NCBI GenBank assembly: GCA_027490305.1
Contig: JAIXYI010000084.1
Coordinates: 24,193-88,192 of the forward strand
Length of the DNA stretch: 64,000 bases
Source: Flavobacteriaceae bacterium
Lineage (GTDB): Bacteria; Bacteroidota; Bacteroidia; Flavobacteriales; Flavobacteriaceae
Reading direction: 5' to 3'
In this document: positions 9,928 to 18,634 of the stretch, piece after piece
Numbering within the stretch: position 1 is the stretch's first letter
How the letters are laid out: each line of letters starts with the position of its first letter
Notes under the pieces: generated by a model
The model's input: only the letters and a program-made list of their open reading frames with translations
What the model was told of the DNA's origin: nothing
Database searches by the model: none
Made by a program: the position numbers and the translations under genes

Positions 9928-9960
9928 AAAAAAAGGGCCGTCTACTTTCAGACAGCCCTT
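9927..9960 (-). terminator. Intrinsic terminator after gldJ
   Basis: Minus strand AGGGCTGTCT-GAAAGT-AGACGGCCCT followed by a T run. Confidence 0.85.
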
Positions 9961-9982
9961 GTTATATTTTTCGGGAATGCAA

Positions 9983-11689
9983 TTAGTTGCGAGCCCGTTT
10001 CTTTTTGTCAGATTTTGGACCTACACGTGACATGGCGCAACGGAAGCCAATGTAGTCGGTTGCCATATCCTGAGGGAAGAACCTTCTTTGAGCCGGGTCA
10101 AGCCAGTAGGCGCGGTCTCTCCAAGAACCTCCTTTATACACACGTGCGTCGTCGTTTACCAATGTCGTACGCTTGTTCGACTTGTCGTACTTGCGCTCCA
10201 TTTGGTTCAGACTGTCTACCGATACGTTGTGAAGCGGTGAGTCGTACATACGCTTGGTGTCCACTTCTTTTTTCACGTCTTCTTCGCTGTTACCGTAGTC
10301 ATAGTAACGAGTAGACTGCTTGTCGCCATCACGGTAGTTACGGTTGTCGCTACGGTCGAAGTTCTGACGGAGGTAGGTTTCCTTCTCATCCACCGGAACC
10401 TGGGCAATTTGACCTGGGAAGTCACGTGCCATCACGCGTCCGTTGCTGATTGTATCGTATTTGATAGTTTCTGTAGTAACCAACTCGACTTGTCCGTCTT
10501 CACCGATTTTATTCTTGGTGTACACGTTACCACGGTAGTAGTTGAAGTCGTTCGCTTCGTCGTCAACGATCGGACGGTATACGTCAGCAACCCACTCGGC
10601 AACGTTACCTGCCATATCGTACAGACCGAAGTCGTTTGGTGGATATTGCTTCACTGCATTTGTGATGTCGGCTCCGTCGTCTGACCAACCTGCGATTCCG
10701 CCGTAGTCACCTTTACCTTGTTTGAAGTTCGCCAACTGGTCGCCTCGGTAGGCACGTTTGCCACTACGGGTGTAAGCACCACGCCATGGGTATTTCTTCT
10801 GGCCTTTGTAGTTATTGTACTCACGGTTGCCTACGTCAGAAGCAGCCGCATATTCCCATTCCGCTTCGGTTGGGAGTCGGTACTCTGGATTGATGAGTCC
10901 GGAACTTCTCTGTGCATAGATATTCGTTGCCTCTTTGCTCTCAGAAGCACCATCTTTTCCTTTTACAGTAGTCGGTTTGGCTTTGCCGTTACGACCTTTC
11001 AATACGATTTCTTCGTTTCCGCCGAATGCTTTGGTTGGTGCATTCAGATAGGTTTCCGTACTGAAGGTAGCGTCAGATGCTACATCCTGAGTTTTCGCGT
11101 CACGCTTCAGATAGCCTTCGCGCTCCAAAACTGCCTCATTGACACGGTCGGTACGCCACTTGGCAAACTCCGTAGCCTGGATCCAGTTCACACCTACCAC
11201 CGGATAATTGGCATACGCCGGGTGGTGCAGGTAGTTATTGGTCATGGTTTCGTTGTATCCCAAACGGTTACGCCATACAAGGGTATCCGGCAATACACCA
11301 TCATAGATGTTTTTGTAATTGTCATCTGTTGGCGGGAATACTTTCTTGATCCAGAACAGGTATTCCGCGTACATAGCATTCGTTACCTCCGTTTCATCCA
11401 TATAAAAGGACTGCACGTGCTGCTGCGTAGGCGAGTTGTTCCAGTCGTGCATCACGTCGTCCTGGACCTTACCCATCGTGAAGGTACCACCTTCCACAAG
11501 GACGAGTCCCGGCGCCGGCGCTTGCTTCTTATAACGGGTATTCAATTGAAAGCCGCCTTTCTTGTCATTAATTTTCCAGCCCGTAGCGCTTGAAACGTTG
11601 GAGCCCCCCTTCTTGCTGCAGGCGGTAAAACCGAGTACCAATGCCGCTGTGAGCATCAGTTTCATTGCCGTTTGCATGTGTACTTTCAT
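9983..11689 (-). CDS. gldJ: Gliding motility lipoprotein GldJ (FGE-sulfatase-like fold)
   Basis: Lipobox FTAC, GLVLVEGGTFTMGKVQDDVMHDWNN, YRLPTEAEWEYAA, GLYDMAGNVAEW, IGFRCAM; murF-gldJ-porU synteny. Confidence 0.95.
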   Translation of the reverse strand: MKVHMQTAMKLMLTAALVLGFTACSKKGGSNVSSATGWKINDKKGGFQLNTRYKKQAPAPGLVLVEGGTFTMGKVQDDVMHDWNNSPTQQHVQSFYMDETEVTNAMYAEYLFWIKKVFPPTDDNYKNIYDGVLPDTLVWRNRLGYNETMTNNYLHHPAYANYPVVGVNWIQATEFAKWRTDRVNEAVLEREGYLKRDAKTQDVASDATFSTETYLNAPTKAFGGNEEIVLKGRNGKAKPTTVKGKDGASESKEATNIYAQRSSGLINPEYRLPTEAEWEYAAASDVGNREYNNYKGQKKYPWRGAYTRSGKRAYRGDQLANFKQGKGDYGGIAGWSDDGADITNAVKQYPPNDFGLYDMAGNVAEWVADVYRPIVDDEANDFNYYRGNVYTKNKIGEDGQVELVTTETIKYDTISNGRVMARDFPGQIAQVPVDEKETYLRQNFDRSDNRNYRDGDKQSTRYYDYGNSEEDVKKEVDTKRMYDSPLHNVSVDSLNQMERKYDKSNKRTTLVNDDARVYKGGSWRDRAYWLDPAQRRFFPQDMATDYIGFRCAMSRVGPKSDKKKRARN

Positions 11690-11898
11690 GTGTTAACAGG
11701 TACTAAATTTTCGTGGCGCAATATAACAATAACCGTTTAGATTGCAACAACTTTTTTTATTTAATCACGAATCCCTCCATTTTTGTCAGGATACGCAAAC
11801 TGAAACGCAATTTTCGCTGCATTATTGTCAAATGCCGTTTTCAAATGAATTATTTTTACGCCCGTAATAAAAGTGTCCACACTGCGTTACGTACTCTG

Positions 11899-14800
11899 AT
11901 GAAGAAATTACTGTTACATTGCCTTTTGTTCTTTTGCGTCCTGTCAAATGCCCAGATCAAAGGAAGCCAGGTTGTGCAGTGGAAAGCCATTGCGCCGTCC
12001 GGCCCGGGCGAGACAGCGCTTCGTTTGCCGCAGTTCCAGGCCCAGCATATGATTGTCGACGGACGTACGCTCCGATTCGGGTTGTCTGTGCCGGTTCGCC
12101 AGGCGGTGAACGAGTCGTCGTTGCGTCTTACCGAGGTCGATTTCGAAACCATCGGTCGTGAGGCACTGGGTGATCTCGACCCCGCTGCACTGCCTACCGA
12201 CTGGAATGCCACGCTGACGAATTCGAATGCGAGGGGCGTCATGACGGCTGTTTTATTGATAACACCTATTATAAAGGACGCCGCCGGATTCAAGCGGCTC
12301 CGTTCCTTTTCTTACGAAGCGTCCGCCGCACCTCCTCCTTTTTCTACCGCCCGCGACCGTTTCTCGCCTGGCAATTCGGTGTTGACATCGGGCGACTGGT
12401 ACCGTTTCTATGTAGAGAAGTCGGGCGTTTACCGCATTTCAAAGAGCTTCCTGCAGTCATTGGGAATGAAATTGGGGTCGGTCAATCCGCAAAACATCAA
12501 GATCTATGGCAACGGCGGACGTATGTTACCTCTCAGCAATGCCGTCGACTATCCGATTGATCTAACCGAGAATGCGGTTTATGTCAAGGGTGGAGAGGAC
12601 GGCTCTTTCGACAGTGACGATTACATTTTATTTTATGCGGAAGGCACGGACAACTGGAGCCAGGAGAATCTTTCACACAATAATCTCTATTCCGACAAGT
12701 CGTATTATTATGTTACGGTGTCAGGTGGGCCTGGCAAACGCATACAACCTATGCCCGACCTTTCGGGTTCTACCGAGCCCATAACGTCTATCACCGAAGT
12801 GGACGACTACCATTTCCATGAAGTCGATAAGACCAATATCGCCCGAATGGGCCGTCGTTGGTTTGGTGAGGATTTTGCCATCGACAACGAACAGTCATTC
12901 GATTTCGAATTGCCCGATGTCGTGCCGGGAAGCCAGGTAAACGTTAGCGTTACCGCCGCCGCCGCCGCTTTTACGAATACGTCTTTTTCGATTAAGGCAA
13001 ACGGCTCTGATATCGGTTCTATATCGCTGTTGTCTCTTAATACTATCGGTACGGAGGCTGCGGATGGACTCCTGAACGCGAATTTTCCCGCTGCCGCCGC
13101 TGTTGAAATCGCGGTCGCCTACGATAATAACGGTGTGCCCGGGTCGAAAGCCTACCTAGATTATATCATTCTTCGATCAAAACGCCAACTGAAAGGCAAT
13201 GGCAAACAATTCCGATTCCGGTATAACGCCGCCGCTACTACCGACGGTATCGGGCAGTACCAAGTTGCGAATGCCACATCGATTTCGGAAGTGTGGGACA
13301 TAACCGATATTTTCAATGTTACAACCGCTGTCAATAACGGACAGGCGGCTTTTTCGTTCTTGGCGCCCCTAGGGGAAGTGCGTGAGTACATAGCGGTTTG
13401 TCCACAGGATTACCTTTCCCCCAAAAAAGAGGGCCAGTCAAAAGTGGTGAACCAAAACCTGAAAGGCACCATCTTTCAGGACAACGGTGACTTTCGCGAT
13501 ATCGATTATCTGATCATCACACCCAAGGTCTTTGCAACCGAGGCCGAGCGTTTGGCAGCCTTCCATCGTACCTATTCCGGACTCAATGTCAAAGTAGTGA
13601 ACGTCGAGTCGATCTATCCGGAGTTTTCTTCCGGGAAGCAGGATATCGGTGCCATTCGCAATTTTATCCGCTACGTTTATAAGAATGCCTCGTCCGATGC
13701 AAAACGCGTGCGGTATGTCAACCTTTTTGGCGATGCCTCCTTCGACTTTAAAAACCGTATTCCGAACAACACGAACTTTATACCTATTTATACGGCGACG
13801 AGCTCCTTTTCGCTCTCCTCGACCTATATCTCGGACGATTATTTTGTGTTGATGGATGATAATGAAGGAACTATGAATGCCACCAATTCCCGCGGACTCG
13901 ATATCGCCGTAGGACGGATGCCGGTCGACGATCTGGCGAACGCGCGTGAAATGGTAGATAAAGTCCTGGAATACCACGATGCCAAATCGTATGGACGTTG
14001 GCGGAACAACTTTGTTTTGATTTCCGATGACGTCGACGAAGACTGGGAAGCAACTCTTGAGTTTGGACTTGATGAACTCGGCGATGAAATCCATAGCCAG
14101 AAACCATTTGTCAACATTCAGAAGATACATGCGGATTCGTATGTGCAGGAGAGTTCATCGGGCGGAGAACGCTACCCAGGTGTGTACCGCGATTTTATTG
14201 AATCGCTTAATCAGGGAGCTTTGGTATTCAATTACTTCGGGCATGGCGGTGAGGAAGGGTTGGCCTCCGAACGCATCTTTGACAAGGCCTCTATTACCGA
14301 ACTGACGAACCGTTATAAGTATCCACTTTTCGTAACGATTACCTGCGAGTTTACGCGCTTCGATAACCCGTTCCGACCTACTGCGGGCGAAGAGTTGTTT
14401 TGGAAAAACCAGTCAGGTGCCATCGCGCTTGTCACGACTACACGGCAAATATCACCCACGACAGGTCAGGCGATTAACGAAGCGTTTTCGTCTAACCTCT
14501 ATGGCTACGGCACCAACGACCTTGACTCAATAGCCGAAGCGTTACGCCGCTCGAAGTCCAATTACGGAGGCGTTTCGTTGATGGTGTTCTTTATCGGCGA
14601 CCCGGCGTTGCATTTGGCCATCCCCAAACCCAGCATTGTATTGACGCAGGTAAACGACGTCTCGGTTACGGGTCCTGTCGACGATTTTAAGGCGCTCAGC
14701 CCGATGAAAGTATCAGGCGAAGTCCGTGACGAAACGGGCACGACGTTGCTTTCGGACTACAACGGAGAGTTGGCCCTGACGGTATATGACAAATCGTTAC

Positions 14801-15729
14801 AAAGCACCACCATCGGAAATGATGGCACTACCAATGGTTCCGGTCTGATTCTGTTGCCCTTCACGAATATTGGCGAAACGCTTTTCCGTGGCAATGCGAC
14901 CGTCACAGGCGGAAAGTTCGATGTGCAGTTTGTGGTGCCGCGCGACATCCGAATCCCGGTCGATAAAGGGCGTATCAGTTTCTACGCCAAGAAAACCGGT
15001 CAGTTGATTGACCAGACGGGCTATAACATCGATATCAACGTGGGCGGTATCAACACCAATGCCACAAGTGATGTAACCGGGCCCACGGTGCGTCTTTATA
15101 TGAACGACGAGAGCTTCGTAAACGGCGGTATCACCAACACGTCACCCATTTTGTTGGCCATTCTGGAAGATGCCAATGGTATCAACACCGTGAGCGGCAT
15201 CGGCCACGACATCGTCGGGATTCTGGACGGCGATGAAGCGAATCCGTACATCATGAACCAGTACTACGAAGCCGAAGCCGACAACTATGCAAAAGGTCGC
15301 GTGCGTTATCCGTTCAAGGATCTCGAGCCCGGACTACATACCCTTACGTTCAAGGCCTGGGATGTATACAACAATCCTGTGACATCGGAAATTCAGTTCG
15401 TGGTGGTAGGAGAGGAGACCCTTGCATTGAAGAACGTATTGAACTATCCGAATCCCTTCGTCGACTATACCGAGTTCTGGTTCACCCACAACCGACCTTT
15501 TGAACCGTTGGAGGTGCAGGTGCAGGTGATGACCGTAACCGGAAAGGTCGTCTGGACCCGAAACCAGACCGTTGTAACCGACGGATTTTTGTCTCGCGAT
15601 ATCAAATGGGACGGCCGCGATGACTTCGGCGACCGCATCGGAAAAGGCGTCTATGTCTATAAATTAACGGTGCGATCGACCACCTCGGGCAAGCAATCCG
15701 AAAAGTTCGAGAAACTTGTAATCCTCTGA
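11899..15729 (+). CDS. porU: T9SS sortase PorU (C25 gingipain-like peptidase with type-A CTD)
   Basis: Start moved from 11713 to MKKLLLHC (signal peptide). C25 motifs GLDIAVGRMP, FNYFGHGG (His), FVTITCEF (Cys); CTD NYPNPF...WDGRDDFGDRIGKGVYVYKLTV; followed by porV. Confidence 0.95.
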   Translation: MKKLLLHCLLFFCVLSNAQIKGSQVVQWKAIAPSGPGETALRLPQFQAQHMIVDGRTLRFGLSVPVRQAVNESSLRLTEVDFETIGREALGDLDPAALPTDWNATLTNSNARGVMTAVLLITPIIKDAAGFKRLRSFSYEASAAPPPFSTARDRFSPGNSVLTSGDWYRFYVEKSGVYRISKSFLQSLGMKLGSVNPQNIKIYGNGGRMLPLSNAVDYPIDLTENAVYVKGGEDGSFDSDDYILFYAEGTDNWSQENLSHNNLYSDKSYYYVTVSGGPGKRIQPMPDLSGSTEPITSITEVDDYHFHEVDKTNIARMGRRWFGEDFAIDNEQSFDFELPDVVPGSQVNVSVTAAAAAFTNTSFSIKANGSDIGSISLLSLNTIGTEAADGLLNANFPAAAAVEIAVAYDNNGVPGSKAYLDYIILRSKRQLKGNGKQFRFRYNAAATTDGIGQYQVANATSISEVWDITDIFNVTTAVNNGQAAFSFLAPLGEVREYIAVCPQDYLSPKKEGQSKVVNQNLKGTIFQDNGDFRDIDYLIITPKVFATEAERLAAFHRTYSGLNVKVVNVESIYPEFSSGKQDIGAIRNFIRYVYKNASSDAKRVRYVNLFGDASFDFKNRIPNNTNFIPIYTATSSFSLSSTYISDDYFVLMDDNEGTMNATNSRGLDIAVGRMPVDDLANAREMVDKVLEYHDAKSYGRWRNNFVLISDDVDEDWEATLEFGLDELGDEIHSQKPFVNIQKIHADSYVQESSSGGERYPGVYRDFIESLNQGALVFNYFGHGGEEGLASERIFDKASITELTNRYKYPLFVTITCEFTRFDNPFRPTAGEELFWKNQSGAIALVTTTRQISPTTGQAINEAFSSNLYGYGTNDLDSIAEALRRSKSNYGGVSLMVFFIGDPALHLAIPKPSIVLTQVNDVSVTGPVDDFKALSPMKVSGEVRDETGTTLLSDYNGELALTVYDKSLQSTTIGNDGTTNGSGLILLPFTNIGETLFRGNATVTGGKFDVQFVVPRDIRIPVDKGRISFYAKKTGQLIDQTGYNIDINVGGINTNATSDVTGPTVRLYMNDESFVNGGITNTSPILLAILEDANGINTVSGIGHDIVGILDGDEANPYIMNQYYEAEADNYAKGRVRYPFKDLEPGLHTLTFKAWDVYNNPVTSEIQFVVVGEETLALKNVLNYPNPFVDYTEFWFTHNRPFEPLEVQVQVMTVTGKVVWTRNQTVVTDGFLSRDIKWDGRDDFGDRIGKGVYVYKLTVRSTTSGKQSEKFEKLVIL

Positions 15730-15745
15730 TAAAGTACTATATTTG
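15716..15745 (+). promoter_or_regulatory. Consensus promoter TTG-N19-TATATTTG for porV
   Basis: TTG 15716-15718 (inside the porU 3' end), 19-nt spacer, TATATTTG 15738-15745. Confidence 0.75.
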
Positions 15746-15768
15746 TTCCACTAACGTTCTAGATTCGA

Positions 15769-16947
15769 ATGAAAAAAATTGCTAGTTTTTTGATCTTCCT
15801 TGCTGCGGCACAGCACATTAGTGCCCAAGCGGACAGCAGGGTGATCACCACCGGCGTACCTTTCCTGCTGGTTGCCGCCGATGCTCGTTCGGCGGGTTTG
15901 GCCGATCAGGGGGTAGCCACTTCTCCGGATGTCTTTTCACAACAATACAACCCAGCTAAGTATGCTTTTTCATTGGATAAGCAAGGCTTTTCTGTAAGCT
16001 ACACTCCCTATCTCACCGACTTGGTCAACGACATCGCATTGGGACAGGTGACCTACTACAATCGTTTCGGTGCGGAAGGGCGGAGTGCCTTCGCTGCGAG
16101 TCTGCGGTATTTTGGCCTTGGGGATATCGAACTCACGGAAGGGCCCGATTCGCCTGTTCGTGTGGTATCACCAAGTGAATTTGCACTTGACGGATCCTAC
16201 GCCCTAAAGCTAAGTGACCGCTTTTCAATGTCGGTTGCCGGACGCTACATCCGCTCGAATCTGCGTATACCGGATGGTATCGGTGATGCGTCCGCTGCGA
16301 CTTCTTTCGCCGTGGACATTGCCGGTTATTACCAGTCCGAAGAGCAAGCGTACACCGACTTCAACGGAAGGTGGCGGGCCGGATTCAATTTCCAGAACAT
16401 GGGTCCGAAAATCAGCTATGATTCAGACGATATCAGCACGAACTTCCTGCCGGCAAACATGCGATTGGGCGGAGGCTTCGATTTCATCTTCGATGAATAC
16501 AATAAAGTAGGAGTAGGGATCGAGTTTACGAAGCTACTCGTGCCTACCCCTCCCAAGACGACCGACATGGACGGCGATGGAGACATCGATGATACAGACG
16601 TACAGGCTGCCTATGACGACTATCGTAAGATTGGCTGGGTGGAAGGGATTTTCAAATCCTTCGGTGATGCACCGGATGGCATAAGCGAAGAACTTAAAGA
16701 GGTGACCTACTCGCTCGGAGCGGAGTATCTCTATCAGGATTCATTCGCCTTTCGTCTTGGCTACTTCAATGAAAATAAAGATAAAGGAGCACGTAAGTTC
16801 TTCTCACTCGGAGCCGGTTTTAAATACAACGTCGTGAAAATCGACGTGTCGTATCTCTTCTCGGCTTCAAAAGTGCGCAACCCGCTTGAGAATACGCTTC
16901 GTTTTTCCCTTACGTTCAACTTTGGCGAGAAATACGACGAATACTAG
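15769..16947 (+). CDS. porV: T9SS outer-membrane shuttle PorV
   Basis: ITTGVPFLLVAADARSAGLADQGVAT, NPAKYAF, SYTPYL, NPLENTLRFSLTF. Confidence 0.96.
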   Translation: MKKIASFLIFLAAAQHISAQADSRVITTGVPFLLVAADARSAGLADQGVATSPDVFSQQYNPAKYAFSLDKQGFSVSYTPYLTDLVNDIALGQVTYYNRFGAEGRSAFAASLRYFGLGDIELTEGPDSPVRVVSPSEFALDGSYALKLSDRFSMSVAGRYIRSNLRIPDGIGDASAATSFAVDIAGYYQSEEQAYTDFNGRWRAGFNFQNMGPKISYDSDDISTNFLPANMRLGGGFDFIFDEYNKVGVGIEFTKLLVPTPPKTTDMDGDGDIDDTDVQAAYDDYRKIGWVEGIFKSFGDAPDGISEELKEVTYSLGAEYLYQDSFAFRLGYFNENKDKGARKFFSLGAGFKYNVVKIDVSYLFSASKVRNPLENTLRFSLTFNFGEKYDEY

Positions 16948-16970
16948 AAAAACCAAAACCGATAGCAAGG

Positions 16971-17004
16971 TCCAAATTCCAGCAATGGGGTTTGGATTTT
17001 TTTT
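16971..17004 (+). terminator. Intrinsic terminator after porV
   Basis: TCCAAATTCC-AGCAAT-GGGGTTTGGA (two G-U pairs) followed by T8. Confidence 0.7.
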
Positions 17005-17016
17005 CCTTACTACATC

Positions 17017-17499
17017 ATGAAACACATTGACGTTACCGCACGTTTTGACGTATACGAGTCTATCGGCGAAACACCGCCCGATGTCCAGAACCTGATGGCC
17101 CGCGCCGTAGAAGCCCGAAAGGTGGCGTATGCACCCTATTCGAATTTTCGCGTCGGCGTGGCACTGCTGCTGGACAATGGTCAGGTAGTGATCGGATCGA
17201 ACCAGGAGAATGCTGCCTATCCGTCCGGACTCTGTGCCGAGCGGGTCGCCGTTTTTCAGTCAGGGGCCGTGTATCCGGATGCGCGCATCTTGAAAATGGC
17301 GATTACGGCCGCCTCCGATCACAATCCGACCACCGAGCCGATTCCGCCTTGTGGCGCGTGCAGGCAGTCGATTGCCGAATATGAACTGCGTCACGGGCAG
17401 GACATCGAAATCTGGTTTATGGGAGAGACCGGCGTGGTATGCAAATCCGCATCCCTCAAAAACCTGTTGCCCTTCACCTTTGACCGGAATTTCCTCTGA
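17017..17499 (+). CDS. cdd: Cytidine deaminase
   Basis: AYAPYSNFRVG, NQENAAYPSGLCAERVA, PPCGACRQ zinc motifs. Confidence 0.95.
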   Translation: MKHIDVTARFDVYESIGETPPDVQNLMARAVEARKVAYAPYSNFRVGVALLLDNGQVVIGSNQENAAYPSGLCAERVAVFQSGAVYPDARILKMAITAASDHNPTTEPIPPCGACRQSIAEYELRHGQDIEIWFMGETGVVCKSASLKNLLPFTFDRNFL

Positions 17500-17540
17500 A
17501 AAAAGCCAATCCTAAATTTTCCTCCTATAAGTTAATGTCT

Positions 17541-17548
17541 TATTTTTG
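17541..17548 (+). promoter_or_regulatory. -7 element TATTTTTG upstream of pdhA
   Basis: Exact TAnnTTTG in the cdd-pdhA gap. Confidence 0.6.
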
Positions 17549-17632
17549 CAATCCGATCTGTCGGAGGCGCAAATTCGTGTGAGGCAACTGGTTTGCAGCC
17601 CATAAAATCGAACAAAAAAGTAACGAAGCGAA

Positions 17633-18631
17633 ATGAAAGAAGTAACTAAAGAAGTCTACCTGAAATGGTATGAAGACATGCTGCTGTGGCGGAAGTTCGA
17701 AGACAAGCTGGCGGCCCTCTACATCCAACAGAAAGTCAGGGGCTTTCTTCACCTTTACAACGGGCAGGAAGCCGTCCTCGCCGGAGCCTTGCACGCAATG
17801 GACCTTTCCAAAGACAAGATGATCACGGCCTACCGGAACCACGTTCAACCCATCGGAATGGGTGTGGATCCGCGTCGCGTCATGGCCGAGTTGCTCGGTA
17901 AAGTGACCGGAACATCAAAAGGAATGGGCGGATCCATGCACATTTTCTCAAAAGAACACGGCTTTTATGGCGGTCACGGAATCGTAGGGGCACAAATCCC
18001 TGTCGGTGCCGGTATCGCGTTTGCCGATAAATATTTCGGACGCGATGGCGTTACCCTTACCTATTTCGGTGACGGTGCCGCGCGTCAGGGTTCCCTGCAC
18101 GAAGCCTTCAATATGGCAATGTTGTGGAAGCTCCCGGTAGTTTTTATCGTAGAGAACAATGGATATGCCATGGGAACGTCTGTTGAACGTACCGCCAACC
18201 ATACCGATGTTTGGAAATTAGGTTTAGGGTATGAAATGCCTTGTGGACCCGTAGACGGCATGAACCCAGTGAAAGTAGCCGAAGCGATGCACGAAGCCAT
18301 CGACCGCGCCCGCCGCGGAGACGGTCCTACCTTCCTCGAAATGAAAACATACCGCTACCGCGGACACTCGATGTCGGATGCACAATTGTACCGCACGAAG
18401 GAAGAGGTAGAGGAATACAGAAAAATCGACCCTATCTTACAGGTGTTGGATGTCATCCGCGAAAAGAAATATGCTACGGAGGCCGAAATCGAAGCCATCG
18501 ACGAGCGTGTGAAAGACCTCGTGGAAGAATGTGCGACGTTTGCGGAAGAATCCGACTTCCCGCCGATCCAGCAATTGTATGACGTTGTGTACGAACAGGA
18601 AAATTATCCATTCATCCCTCATAAACTCTAA
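17633..18631 (+). CDS. pdhA: Pyruvate dehydrogenase E1 alpha subunit
   Basis: RGFLHLYNGQEA, GDGAARQG...EAFNMA TPP motif, TYRYRGHSMSD. Confidence 0.97.
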   Translation: MKEVTKEVYLKWYEDMLLWRKFEDKLAALYIQQKVRGFLHLYNGQEAVLAGALHAMDLSKDKMITAYRNHVQPIGMGVDPRRVMAELLGKVTGTSKGMGGSMHIFSKEHGFYGGHGIVGAQIPVGAGIAFADKYFGRDGVTLTYFGDGAARQGSLHEAFNMAMLWKLPVVFIVENNGYAMGTSVERTANHTDVWKLGLGYEMPCGPVDGMNPVKVAEAMHEAIDRARRGDGPTFLEMKTYRYRGHSMSDAQLYRTKEEVEEYRKIDPILQVLDVIREKKYATEAEIEAIDERVKDLVEECATFAEESDFPPIQQLYDVVYEQENYPFIPHKL

Positions 18632-18634
18632 GCA

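Noticed and set aside
10718-11593. 291-aa ORF antisense to gldJ, and the many other 60-230 aa nested ORFs in the track
   Set aside because: All fully overlap recognised genes, have atypical composition and lack start context.
11713-11898. N-terminal extension of PorU; similar over-long starts for manC, purK, gcvP, TIGR01777, the kinase, 33141, 53453 and 63337
   Set aside because: The extensions run through promoter DNA; downstream ATGs give proper signal peptides or family N-termini.
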